The notes beneath the pieces were generated by a model. The model had not been told where the DNA came from. It saw only the letters and a program-made list of their open reading frames with translations, and searched no databases. This document shows, in pieces, positions 27,071 to 36,316 of a stretch of DNA of 53,931 nucleotides. Within the stretch, counting starts at the first letter, position 1. Each line of letters starts with the position of its first letter. Source of the DNA: a virus. Taxonomy: Duplodnaviria; Caudoviricetes. Position numbers and translations under genes: made by a program. The stretch lies in the IMG/VR virus record IMGVR_UViG_3300042936_001056, positions 1 through 53,931 of that record; one strand, 5' to 3'.

Positions 27071-29029
27071 ATGAGAAAAAATACGTTAACGGAAGAAATA
27101 TATAGAATGAGAAAACTAATGGGTCATGACTCAAATGAATATAGAGAAAATGTTACTTCATTCGATAGACTTTTAGAAGAAAAAATGATAAAAAAATATC
27201 TTCTTAAAGAAGAAGAGGGTGAAGAACCAAAATTTTCTGATTGGTCCAATGGTGGTAAAGTTAATTGGGAAAATGCAAAGTTAAAAGATATATTAAAATA
27301 TATTAGTGAAGTTGATGAGTATTTTGGTGGTTCTTTTTTAAATAATCCATCATATACTACAATGATGGATTGGTTTGCTGATAATGATAGTGAAAGTGTT
27401 AGAAATTCATTAAAAGAATGGATGTTTGGTGACATTTATTATGGTATTAAAAAATCCGAAGACGTTAGACAAACTAAGAAAAATGTGGTTACACCTGATG
27501 AGTATGATAAAAATCTTCAGTCTGAATTAACAACTAATTTGGGTGAGGCATCTAAGATTGATCTAAAAACACTTAACGTAACGGATAAAAACTTAAAGAA
27601 ATCAATTGATACTTTAATATCCTCTAGAACATTAGAAAAATTAAATAAAGAATTAATTGCAATTAATAATGGTAAAGTTTTTCTTAAAAAAGAAATAATA
27701 GAACCTTTAAACGATAAAATATTTACCTTAATAAATTATTATAAGAATCCCAATTCAGGTGAATCTTCCATTGAGTCTATCAAAGATATCGCAGACTATT
27801 TATTAGGGTTTAAATTGAGTGATAAAAAAGAAATTGGTTTAGATGTAGATGATGATGAAGTTAAAATAGATGTTGACGCCAATCAAAGGATAGGTATCAA
27901 AAATAGTATAATGAAAAAATTATCTACTGAAATCGAGTCTGTAGGTGAGGATACTTATAGAAAATTACTTAAAAAAATTAGTAATATAACAATCACTGAT
28001 GAACCTAAAGAACTTAAACAGTTTAAGGTTGAGGCTGAAACGGGTAAAGGTGTACCTATTATGACAGAAGGGGATTCAGATATATTCCAATACCCACCAG
28101 AAAATACTCCTGAGGGGGAAAGAAATACTTTAAGTAATAACTTTTTTCCTGATGATGGCACATCTATGTCCGAAGAATCAATAGGTGGTATAAGAGAACA
28201 ATTGAGATTACTAAGAAAGTTCATAAACACTCAAGATTCGGAAGTTGAGGCACAAAGAACAGAAAATGGTTTAGGTGAGGAATTTAAATTAGATGTATCA
28301 TCAATAAACATATTCGTATACTCTTCAACTAGTAAAGTAAGAACTACTTATAAAAGTAAAGATAAAAGTTTTAGTGAAGGTAATAACATAAAATTAGCGG
28401 AAGATAGAAGTGGTATTATTGAAAACACGATTAGGGGTATTTTGAAACAGTATAAGTTAGATGAATATAATATAATCTTAGCATCTAAAATTGAAAAACC
28501 TAATATCGGTCCAGGTTGGCAAAAATTAGATGGTAAATATGCAGACGGTTCAGACGTTCCAGTTACCTCATATGGTGCAATGTTTCAAGAGGCTTACAAA
28601 AGAGACAACACTTTAACACCTCAATTTTTTTATGGTAACAGAGGTACAGATTGGGCTAAGAAAGCATCACAAAAATTAGGTAGGGAAATATCTCAACAAG
28701 AATTATCACAAGAATATAACGATATATATGGTCCATTTAGAATGAATTTGGCTGGTATTAGTGTTACATTAAGGAAACCAACTATAGTTACTAAGGAAGA
28801 GGTTGGGGAGGACTATTTTGTTATTGCAGTGCCAGGAATGGGATTAGAATTTGAGTCAAATGGTGAATTTAGTTTTAGAGATACTTGGAAGAATTTAAAA
28901 AGAGGTATTAAAAAATTAAAAAGAAAAATAAAGAAGTCTCTAAGAAATCTTAAACCTAAACGTAGATTTTTTGGTAAGGCACCTGATTTTTCAAAAGTTT
29001 GTCAAACTTGTTGTCCTAAATGGGGTTAA
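27071..29029 (+). CDS. Large leader-bearing protein with a possible degenerate OmpA-like domain and basic C-terminus
   Basis: LTEEIYRMRKLM leader; NFFPDDG...SSTSKV...NIKLAEDRS; terminal CQTCCP; ATATTTAT at 27046. Confidence 0.65.
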   Translation: MRKNTLTEEIYRMRKLMGHDSNEYRENVTSFDRLLEEKMIKKYLLKEEEGEEPKFSDWSNGGKVNWENAKLKDILKYISEVDEYFGGSFLNNPSYTTMMDWFADNDSESVRNSLKEWMFGDIYYGIKKSEDVRQTKKNVVTPDEYDKNLQSELTTNLGEASKIDLKTLNVTDKNLKKSIDTLISSRTLEKLNKELIAINNGKVFLKKEIIEPLNDKIFTLINYYKNPNSGESSIESIKDIADYLLGFKLSDKKEIGLDVDDDEVKIDVDANQRIGIKNSIMKKLSTEIESVGEDTYRKLLKKISNITITDEPKELKQFKVEAETGKGVPIMTEGDSDIFQYPPENTPEGERNTLSNNFFPDDGTSMSEESIGGIREQLRLLRKFINTQDSEVEAQRTENGLGEEFKLDVSSINIFVYSSTSKVRTTYKSKDKSFSEGNNIKLAEDRSGIIENTIRGILKQYKLDEYNIILASKIEKPNIGPGWQKLDGKYADGSDVPVTSYGAMFQEAYKRDNTLTPQFFYGNRGTDWAKKASQKLGREISQQELSQEYNDIYGPFRMNLAGISVTLRKPTIVTKEEVGEDYFVIAVPGMGLEFESNGEFSFRDTWKNLKRGIKKLKRKIKKSLRNLKPKRRFFGKAPDFSKVCQTCCPKWG

Positions 29030-29048
29030 TAATTAAAAAATATATATT

Positions 29049-29573
29049 ATGAAAATTAAAAAAAATAATGTTGTAGTCACACTCACAGAAAGTGATATAG
29101 CGTCAATTAAAAAATATCTTTTAAAAGAAGAAAAAATATCATTTAAGTTTTGTTTTAAGACATACCCTGAATGGTTAAGATCTGACAGTACGAATGCGGG
29201 TCATGCAGGTACTAAGGCTTCTAGTGATAATACTTTGTGGCAAAAATTAAAAACGGGTGTTACATTCTCAATTACTAATTGTGAAGGATTGAAAAACGAT
29301 GATATCGGTGCAGGTATCCTATCAAAAATAACTGACGGTACTTTAAGAGAAAAGGCAGTAGAACAAACAGTTAATTTTTGTAGATCACATATAGACGATG
29401 TTATAACAGATCTTAAATCGGGTGATGTCAAAAAAAGAAAAAGACATATTAAACCAGATTTTACACCACAAAGTGGTGAGACTATAGATCAATGGGTTAG
29501 TAAATATGATTTCACTAAGGACATTGAAAATTTAGTACAAATTACTAAATGTCTTTACAATACACAGTTCTAA
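29049..29573 (+). CDS. Leader-bearing hypothetical protein
   Basis: MKIKKNNVVVTLTESDIASIKKYLLKEE. Confidence 0.7.
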   Translation: MKIKKNNVVVTLTESDIASIKKYLLKEEKISFKFCFKTYPEWLRSDSTNAGHAGTKASSDNTLWQKLKTGVTFSITNCEGLKNDDIGAGILSKITDGTLREKAVEQTVNFCRSHIDDVITDLKSGDVKKRKRHIKPDFTPQSGETIDQWVSKYDFTKDIENLVQITKCLYNTQF

Positions 29574-29603
29574 AACAATGGTGGTTAATTAACCACCATT
29601 GTT
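29574..29603. repeat. Perfect 30-bp palindrome between convergent genes
   Basis: AACAATGGTGGTTAA|TTAACCACCATTGTT. Confidence 0.85.
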
Positions 29604-30085
29604 GAAGATTCATCTACCATACCGTTAGGTAATAGTACGATAGATATACCGATTTTATTAACACCTTCTGTCAACATATTTTTCTTATGTTTTTCAGAAG
29701 TCAACCAACTATTGTAAATCCTATTAGTTACTTCGGATACATATTCTTTAGTCATAGGGAAAACACCAAATGATTTACTGATATATACGTTTTCTGCCAC
29801 AATACTATTACTTTGAATGTCTGAGTGGTAGATTTTATTCTTATTCAACATATTCACTGACCACTCATCTGCGTAGATAGACAATGATTCATCTTTAGTA
29901 AGGACACTTAAACCGTGACTCACTCTAAAAGAGTTTATCATACCAATCAAAACAGTTTCCAAAGAATCAATATCCATTTGAGAAACTACTTTCTTATTAT
30001 TTTCGATGGAATAAGAAACCATATCGTTTTGGGAATAAGCCTCTACACCCAAAATAAGACTGAATAAAATCACTAAATTTTTCAT
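29585..30085 (-). CDS. Secreted CAP/SCP-domain protein
   Basis: MKNLVILFSLILGVEAYS|Q; INSFRVSHGL...HS...AENV...WLTSEKHKKNML...IGI. Confidence 0.85.
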   Translation of the reverse strand: MKNLVILFSLILGVEAYSQNDMVSYSIENNKKVVSQMDIDSLETVLIGMINSFRVSHGLSVLTKDESLSIYADEWSVNMLNKNKIYHSDIQSNSIVAENVYISKSFGVFPMTKEYVSEVTNRIYNSWLTSEKHKKNMLTEGVNKIGISIVLLPNGMVDESSTMVVN

Positions 30086-30106
30086 ATCGTTATAGTTTTA
30101 TAAGAA

Positions 30107-30138
30107 CAAATGTAATAAGAAATATTTAATCTACCAAA
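30107..30138 (-). promoter_or_regulatory. Bacteroidota-type promoter
   Basis: TTTG, 20-nt spacer, TACATTTG. Confidence 0.65.
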
Positions 30139-30142
30139 TTTT

Positions 30143-32608
30143 TTATTCACTTTTTATAATAATTTCATCTTTTGGTTTGGAATAACTTATTTTGATGGTA
30201 CCATTTTCTTTAATTTTACCACTTAAAATTTCTTCAGAGATTGGATCTTCTATGTGTTTTTGTATTGATCTATTCAAAGGTCTGGCACCATAATCTTCAC
30301 TATAACCATCATCAACTAAGTAATCCCTAACAGTTTTATTAATGATTAGGTTATACCCTATTTCACTAACTCTATTCTTAAGTTTCTGTAATTCTAAATC
30401 TACGACTTTACCAATTTCTTCTTTGGTAAGTGATTTAAATATGATTACATCATCTAATCTGTTAAGGAATTCGGGTGGGAATTGTTTTTTCAATTCATCA
30501 GTTAAAAGACTTTCTTTAATAGAATCTTCCCTTTCAATTTTAGATTTAGTGCCAAAACCTACACCTGTTCCAAAGTCTTGTAATTTTTTAACACCCACAT
30601 TAGATGTCATAATTACCATACAATTTTTAAAGTTTACTTTCCTACCAGAACTATCTGTAAGTTGTCCATCATCTAATAACTGTAACAATGTGTTATAAAT
30701 TTCTTTATTTGCCTTCTCTATCTCATCAAATAGTACAATTGAGTAAGGTTTTCTTCTAACCTTCTCAGTTAATTGTCCACCATCACCATGACCAACATAT
30801 CCTGGAGGGGACCCAATAAGTCTTGATATCGAATGTTTTTCTTGAAATTCTGACATATCTAACCTAATCAATGAATCCTCATCACCGAAAAGATATTCCG
30901 CCAATCTTTTAGCAATATGTGTTTTACCCACACCAGTTGGACCTAAAAACATAAAAGTACCTATTGGTTTTTTTGGGTTACGAATACCTACTCTATTTCT
31001 TCTAATGGATTTGGCAATTTTTTCTAACGCAATTTCTTGTCCAATAATAGATTTTTTTAACTCATTCTCTATCTCTAACATTCGTTTACCCTGATCACCA
31101 CTAATTCTTTTTAGTGGAATACCTGTCATAGATGAAACTACTTCATTAACATCCTCTATAGTGACAACAGTCCTTTCGTTATTTAAGTTAGTAACCCATT
31201 TTTCTTTTTCAAATATAAGTTTTTCATTTACTTCTCTTTCCTCATCTCTTAATTTCGCAGCCTCTTCGTATTTTTGTTTTTTAACAACTTCACTTTTCCT
31301 GTTCTTTATCTCACCAATCATCTCCTCTAATTTACTTATAGATGCGGGTGGTTTGATAGATAGTTGACTTTTGGATCCAATCTCATCCATAATATCAATT
31401 GCCTTATCAGGAAACTCTCTATCAGTAATATACCTATCTGCCATTTTAACACAATGTACTATAGTTTCTAATGGGTAAGTTACTTTATGGTAAGTTTCGT
31501 ATGAAGACTTAATTTTATCCAATATTTGAATTGTTTCCTCTATTGTAGGTGGATCAATTAATACTTGTTGAAATCTTCTGGCCAATGCACCATCTTTTTC
31601 TATATGTTCTCTATATTCATCTAATGTGGTTGCACCTATCAATTGGATATCACCTCTAGCCAATGCGGGTTTTAATACGTTAGCCGCATCCATAGAACCC
31701 GACGCATTTCCAGCACCAACCATAGTATGTAATTCATCAATAAATAAAATCACATTGTCAACCTCCATTAATTCATCGACCACACCTTTTATCCTCTCCT
31801 CGAATTGTCCCCTATATTTTGTACCTGCAACTAAAGATGTTAAATCTAATGATACAACTCTTTTATCTAATAAAGTTCTTGGTGCATCACCCTGTGCAAT
31901 TTTTAGTGCCAACCCCTCAATGATAGTTGTTTTACCTACACCAGGATCACCTATCAAAACAGGATTATTTTTTTTCTTTCTCGCCAAAATTTGGGCAACC
32001 CTTTGTATTGACTCATCTCGACCAATAACGGGATCAATTTTACCTTCAGACGCTCTTTTAGTAACATCCACAGAAAAATTATTTAAAATAGGAGTTTCAT
32101 TAGATTTAGTACTACCTTTTGGTTTCGGTATTTTACTAAAATTGTCTTCATCATTCCCACTTACTGGTTCTATTGAGTTCTCAATAGAAGTTTTATAACT
32201 ATTATAATTTATCTTCATACCTTTTAATATACTACTTATGTCATTTTTTACTTTTAAAGTTGCCAATAAAATATGTTCGGTGTCCAAATAATCGTTATTC
32301 ATTAAATCACATTCTTTTTCCGCACCTTTCATAATATTTTCAGTAACAGTCTCCAATGGATATTCTTTTTTGTTTAGTAACATAGTATTGTAGTCATCCC
32401 TATCTTTATGTAATTTCCTCTCAATACTCTTATGTAACTTATCAACATCTACACCCATATTAATTAACACTTTAATCGCATTATTATTATAATCATTTAT
32501 CAATGAGATGATTATATGTTCAATCTTTACTTCATTATCCCCATAAAATTTAGCCTGTTTGATGGACATATTTATGATTTTCTTCACCTTAGGCAAAATC
32601 TTTTTCAT
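30143..32608 (-). CDS. clpC: ClpC-type Hsp100 AAA+ ATPase (Clp_N, two AAA modules, UVR-like middle domain)
   Basis: GDPGVGKT, FIDELH, QKYEEAAKLRDEE, GPTGVGKT, GSPPGYVG, LFDEIEKA, GARPL. Start refined to MKKILP. Confidence 0.92.
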   Translation of the reverse strand: MKKILPKVKKIINMSIKQAKFYGDNEVKIEHIIISLINDYNNNAIKVLINMGVDVDKLHKSIERKLHKDRDDYNTMLLNKKEYPLETVTENIMKGAEKECDLMNNDYLDTEHILLATLKVKNDISSILKGMKINYNSYKTSIENSIEPVSGNDEDNFSKIPKPKGSTKSNETPILNNFSVDVTKRASEGKIDPVIGRDESIQRVAQILARKKKNNPVLIGDPGVGKTTIIEGLALKIAQGDAPRTLLDKRVVSLDLTSLVAGTKYRGQFEERIKGVVDELMEVDNVILFIDELHTMVGAGNASGSMDAANVLKPALARGDIQLIGATTLDEYREHIEKDGALARRFQQVLIDPPTIEETIQILDKIKSSYETYHKVTYPLETIVHCVKMADRYITDREFPDKAIDIMDEIGSKSQLSIKPPASISKLEEMIGEIKNRKSEVVKKQKYEEAAKLRDEEREVNEKLIFEKEKWVTNLNNERTVVTIEDVNEVVSSMTGIPLKRISGDQGKRMLEIENELKKSIIGQEIALEKIAKSIRRNRVGIRNPKKPIGTFMFLGPTGVGKTHIAKRLAEYLFGDEDSLIRLDMSEFQEKHSISRLIGSPPGYVGHGDGGQLTEKVRRKPYSIVLFDEIEKANKEIYNTLLQLLDDGQLTDSSGRKVNFKNCMVIMTSNVGVKKLQDFGTGVGFGTKSKIEREDSIKESLLTDELKKQFPPEFLNRLDDVIIFKSLTKEEIGKVVDLELQKLKNRVSEIGYNLIINKTVRDYLVDDGYSEDYGARPLNRSIQKHIEDPISEEILSGKIKENGTIKISYSKPKDEIIIKSE

Positions 32609-32614
32609 ACGCGA

Positions 32615-32646
32615 TTTGTTTTTTATTATAAATATCCTTATCTTTG
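32615..32646 (+). promoter_or_regulatory. Bacteroidota-type promoter overlapping the opposite-strand ATATTTAT of clpC
   Basis: TTTG 32615-18, 20-nt spacer, TATCTTTG 32639-46; ATAAATAT at 32628-35. Confidence 0.65.
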
Positions 32647-32669
32647 TATTCAAATTTAATAAATAAATT

Positions 32670-33593
32670 ATGAAAAGTCAATATGAAGTTATTTTGGGTG
32701 ACACTAAAAATGTGTTAAAGGAGATGATTGAAAAAGGTGAAAGGGTTGATATGATTTTCACTTCCCCACCATATTATTCTATGAGAAAGAACTATAGTGG
32801 TAACAATGATGGTGAAGTTGGATCAATACACGTTGATGAATACGCAGATTGGTTTTTAGAATTTACTGAACTATTCCTTAAGGTTTTAAAACCTAATGGT
32901 AGTTTTTTCTTAAATATTAATGATAAAATAGACGATGGGACAATTCACCCAGTATTAGATGAGTTAAAGTATAAAATGCGTAAACAGGGGTGGAATTTAG
33001 TGGCTAAACCTTATATTTGGTTTAAAAAGAACGCCATTCCTACAAATTGTAAGTATCGAGCAATTGATAGGTACGAATACGTTTTCCACTTCTCAAATTC
33101 AAACAAACCTAAATTTAGGGCAGATAACTGTAGAACTGAACATTCGGAAGTAACTAAAAAAAGATTTTTGAAACCTGTTACTACGATTGGGTCTAGAGAT
33201 GGTGTATATGATTCACAAATGAGAGAATTAAATGAAAAGGGTTCGTTACCACACAATGTAGTAATTGCTGCTTCAGAAACAAACCCAAGCGTACTACACC
33301 CAGCACCGTTTTCTGTTGAGTTGGTGGATTGGTTCGTAAGGATTGGTAGTGATGAAAACGATATCATTATGGATCCTTTTGCAGGGTCATCAACAACAGG
33401 TATTGCAGCACTTAAAAACAATAGAAAGTTTATTGGTGTGGATTTGGTACCGTTTAATGTTGAGTTTGGAACTAAGCGGTTAAATCATTTTTTAGAAACT
33501 GGTGATGAATACATCCCTAAAAATCTTTTAGAGGATAAAGGTATTGATGCTAATTATTATAAAATTAAAGGTAAACACATTAACAATCCGTGA
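32670..33593 (+). CDS. Beta-class amino-DNA methyltransferase (probably N4-cytosine)
   Basis: Motif IV TSPPY near the N-terminus; HPAPF; motif I MDPFAGSSTT near the C-terminus. Confidence 0.9.
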   Translation: MKSQYEVILGDTKNVLKEMIEKGERVDMIFTSPPYYSMRKNYSGNNDGEVGSIHVDEYADWFLEFTELFLKVLKPNGSFFLNINDKIDDGTIHPVLDELKYKMRKQGWNLVAKPYIWFKKNAIPTNCKYRAIDRYEYVFHFSNSNKPKFRADNCRTEHSEVTKKRFLKPVTTIGSRDGVYDSQMRELNEKGSLPHNVVIAASETNPSVLHPAPFSVELVDWFVRIGSDENDIIMDPFAGSSTTGIAALKNNRKFIGVDLVPFNVEFGTKRLNHFLETGDEYIPKNLLEDKGIDANYYKIKGKHINNP

Positions 33594-33659
33594 CAAAGTG
33601 TCACACTTTAAGAAATACTTTTTAACTTTACTTATCTTAGGTTTTATCTATATTTAGAT

Positions 33660-33688
33660 TTGACAAAATAACATTATTTACTTATAAT
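33660..33688 (+). promoter_or_regulatory. sigma70-like promoter
   Basis: TTGACA-17-TATAAT, 6 nt before the ATG at 33695. Confidence 0.6.
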
Positions 33689-33694
33689 TATAAA

Positions 33695-33919
33695 ATGATA
33701 CCTAGTGCACCAAAATTTAGAAAAATAGTATTACTTCTTAAGGATACTGAGGGTAAACCTTCAGATAGGGTTGAGTATTTGGACTCTGCAATGATAATAA
33801 CAGGAAATTACGTTATTATTACAGAAGAAAGGGAAGTTTCTATTGATGAACCGTCAACAATAGATGGAAGAATATATCAAATGGAAAACATCCACTCATA
33901 TAAATTATACAAAGATTAA
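33695..33919 (+). CDS. Hypothetical protein
   Basis: 74-aa ORF at the head of an operon. Confidence 0.6.
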   Translation: MIPSAPKFRKIVLLLKDTEGKPSDRVEYLDSAMIITGNYVIITEEREVSIDEPSTIDGRIYQMENIHSYKLYKD

Positions 33920-33922
33920 AAT

Positions 33923-34219
33923 ATGGTTTTAAATAAGTACGAAGAAAATGGATCAATAGAATGTCTATACGATTCATCAAATATTTTGGGTTCAAAATAT
34001 ATTACGACAGATAAAAAGTTGGCAATAATTTTTGGTTCAGGTAGACAATATGTCTATGAAGGTGTCAAATATGAGGACTATAAGAAATTCGAATCATCTG
34101 AAAGTCAAGGTAAGACTCTACACACTATCCTTAAAAAATACCCATATACTCAATCTAAAGACACATTAGATGTTTCACCTTTAGTAGAACAAATTAATGA
34201 AATAAAGAAGAATTTGTAA
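33923..34219 (+). CDS. KTSC-domain protein
   Basis: DSSNI..SKY...LAIIFGSGRQYVYEGV..EDY..F..SESQGK. Confidence 0.8.
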   Translation: MVLNKYEENGSIECLYDSSNILGSKYITTDKKLAIIFGSGRQYVYEGVKYEDYKKFESSESQGKTLHTILKKYPYTQSKDTLDVSPLVEQINEIKKNL

Positions 34220-34220
34220 G

Positions 34221-35489
34221 ATGAATAGTTTAGATAAAAAATATACTGACTTACTTCAAGACATTATTGATAATGGAATAACAAAGTCTGATCGAACAGG
34301 AACTGGTACTCTTTCAGTATTTGGGAGACAGATAAGACATAAAATGAGTGAGGGGTTTCCTTTAATAACAACAAAAAAAATGTATTTTAAGGGAATTACT
34401 ACTGAATTGTTGTGGTTCTTACGTGGAGATACAAACATTAAGTACCTGATAGACAATGATTGTCATATCTGGAATGGTGATGCAATGAAGAACTATGAGT
34501 ATCAGAATGGAGAAATTGATTGGGGTCCTTTTATTACAAAAGAAGAATCATTTGTTGAAAAAATCAAAACTGATGATGAGTTTGCTAAAAAGTGGGGTGA
34601 GTTAGGTCCAATTTATGGTGCGCAATGGAGAAATTGGTTAACATATAAACCTTCAAATAATACGGGAAGTTTCTATCAATCGGGTAATATAGACCAAATC
34701 CAAAACCTAATCAACGACCTCAAAACAAATCCAGACTCAAGACGATTAATGGTTTCAGCTTGGAATGTTGGTGAATTAGACCAAATGACACTTCCTCCTT
34801 GTCATTATGGATTTCAAGTTTATACAAGAGAGTTGAGTACAAAAGAAAGATGGGAATGGTATGGTAAAAATGGTGGTCCATATGGTGAGATTAAATTAAT
34901 TGGAATGATGGTTTATGAAAATGAAAAAGATAATTCACATATAAAATCTTGGTTAGAAAAATGGGCACCTAATGTACCAACCAGAGCAATCTCTTTAATG
35001 TGGAATCAACGTTCAGTAGATACATTCTTAGGTTTACCATTCAACATTGCATCTTACGGTTTACTACTTGAAATCATTGCAAAAGAAGTTAATATGGTTC
35101 CTGATGAATTGATTGGTAATTTAGGTGATACACATTTGTATTTGAATCATATTGAACAGGCAAAGGAACAGATTGGTATGGATTTAACTGATGAGGAGAG
35201 ATACCATATTTGGTTTGGTAATAATTATGAAACAGGAATGGAGAGATTTTTTGACCCAAATAATCTACCTAATTTTGATGATGTTTATTATGAACCAACC
35301 CCAAGCCGAACAAGAGAGCCGTACGCATTACCACAACTTTCCTTTTTAGACGAGTATCATTATATGAGTGATACTGAATTAGTAGGATCTATAGAATTTT
35401 CTGAAAAAATAAATAAATTTAGACCCGATTTCTTTAAAATAGAAAATTATCAATCACACCCATCAATTAAAGCACCTTTAAGTAATTAA
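34221..35489 (+). CDS. thyA: Thymidylate synthase with two insertions
   Basis: DRTGTGT, ELLWFLRG, LGPIYGAQWR, SRRLMVSAWN, LPPCH, QRSVDTFLGLPFNIASY, GDTHLYLNH. Confidence 0.95.
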   Translation: MNSLDKKYTDLLQDIIDNGITKSDRTGTGTLSVFGRQIRHKMSEGFPLITTKKMYFKGITTELLWFLRGDTNIKYLIDNDCHIWNGDAMKNYEYQNGEIDWGPFITKEESFVEKIKTDDEFAKKWGELGPIYGAQWRNWLTYKPSNNTGSFYQSGNIDQIQNLINDLKTNPDSRRLMVSAWNVGELDQMTLPPCHYGFQVYTRELSTKERWEWYGKNGGPYGEIKLIGMMVYENEKDNSHIKSWLEKWAPNVPTRAISLMWNQRSVDTFLGLPFNIASYGLLLEIIAKEVNMVPDELIGNLGDTHLYLNHIEQAKEQIGMDLTDEERYHIWFGNNYETGMERFFDPNNLPNFDDVYYEPTPSRTREPYALPQLSFLDEYHYMSDTELVGSIEFSEKINKFRPDFFKIENYQSHPSIKAPLSN

Positions 35490-35492
35490 TAT

Positions 35493-35825
35493 ATGATAGG
35501 AGAAGCAAAAATAGTACATTTAAAAAGTAATGCACAAAAATTAGAGACTTGGATTGCAATGATTAATGGTGAAATTGTGGGACACATTTATATGGAGAGA
35601 GAGGACGGGTTAAAAATAAAATTCTTAGACGCTTGGGTTCACGAAGATCACAGACGTAAAGGTATTTTTAGAATGTTATGGGAGGCTAGATGGAATTATG
35701 TTGCAGAAAAATATTCTGGATGGTTGGCATACGCATGGTGTAAACCTGCATCTCTACCATTATTATTGGAAAAAGGTTTTGATGCGGGTGAGATGTGTAC
35801 ATATGTAGAAAAGAAGATAAATTGA
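35493..35825 (+). CDS. GNAT acetyltransferase
   Basis: WVHEDHRRKGIFRML...ASLPLLLEKGF. Confidence 0.8.
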   Translation: MIGEAKIVHLKSNAQKLETWIAMINGEIVGHIYMEREDGLKIKFLDAWVHEDHRRKGIFRMLWEARWNYVAEKYSGWLAYAWCKPASLPLLLEKGFDAGEMCTYVEKKIN

Positions 35826-36019
35826 GGTCGTTTATAAAATATACACTTCTTTGGGTATCCCAAAATTTATCAATTCCTTTTTGGACTGTAGGACATATTC
35901 ACCTTATGACAACAATATATGAGGATATAATCGAATTAACTATGTCTTTAGGGATGAATATCATAGTGGGTGTGGGATTTTATGTGGGTTGGTTAGACCA
36001 TAAAAATGAAAAAAAATAA
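35822..36019 (+). CDS. Small membrane protein (start uncertain)
   Basis: Two hydrophobic segments; possible TTG start. Confidence 0.5.
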   Translation: MRSFIKYTLLWVSQNLSIPFWTVGHIHLMTTIYEDIIELTMSLGMNIIVGVGFYVGWLDHKNEKK

Positions 36020-36037
36020 AAATAAAAATAAAAAAAA

Positions 36038-36310
36038 ATGGAAAAAGTAATATTAAAAGAAACAGTTGTTAGTGGTGACACTAGAAATAATAAAAAGTAT
36101 AATAGAAATAGAAAACCTAAAAACAAAGTAGAAAATGGTGAGAATAATAATAGTATAAAAAATGATTTTTTACTCATCAAAGGAATAAAAATGATCGGTT
36201 CATATAAGATAGGTTCTAATTACTTTATTTATTTACAAAAAAAACCTAATTTTTTACATAGATTTTTCACTAAGTTATTATTAGGTTGGGTTTGGAAAGA
36301 TGTAAAATAA
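36038..36310 (+). CDS. Hypothetical protein
   Basis: 90-aa ORF ending KKPNFLHRFFTKLLLGWVWKD. Confidence 0.6.
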   Translation: MEKVILKETVVSGDTRNNKKYNRNRKPKNKVENGENNNSIKNDFLLIKGIKMIGSYKIGSNYFIYLQKKPNFLHRFFTKLLLGWVWKDVK

Positions 36311-36316
36311 AAAATT

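Noticed and set aside
31626-32198. Opposite-strand ORFs in the track (also 33011, 38543, 48025, 50702, 52415 and similar)
   Set aside because: They are antisense shadows of well-supported genes, with low-complexity Ser/Ile/Phe-rich translations.
32670-33593. Complete restriction-modification system
   Set aside because: No adjacent endonuclease; an orphan methylase is ordinary in large phages.
33590-33604. Palindrome GTGACA-aag-TGTCAC as an operator
   Set aside because: Single short occurrence overlapping a stop codon; I cannot assign a regulator from sequence alone.
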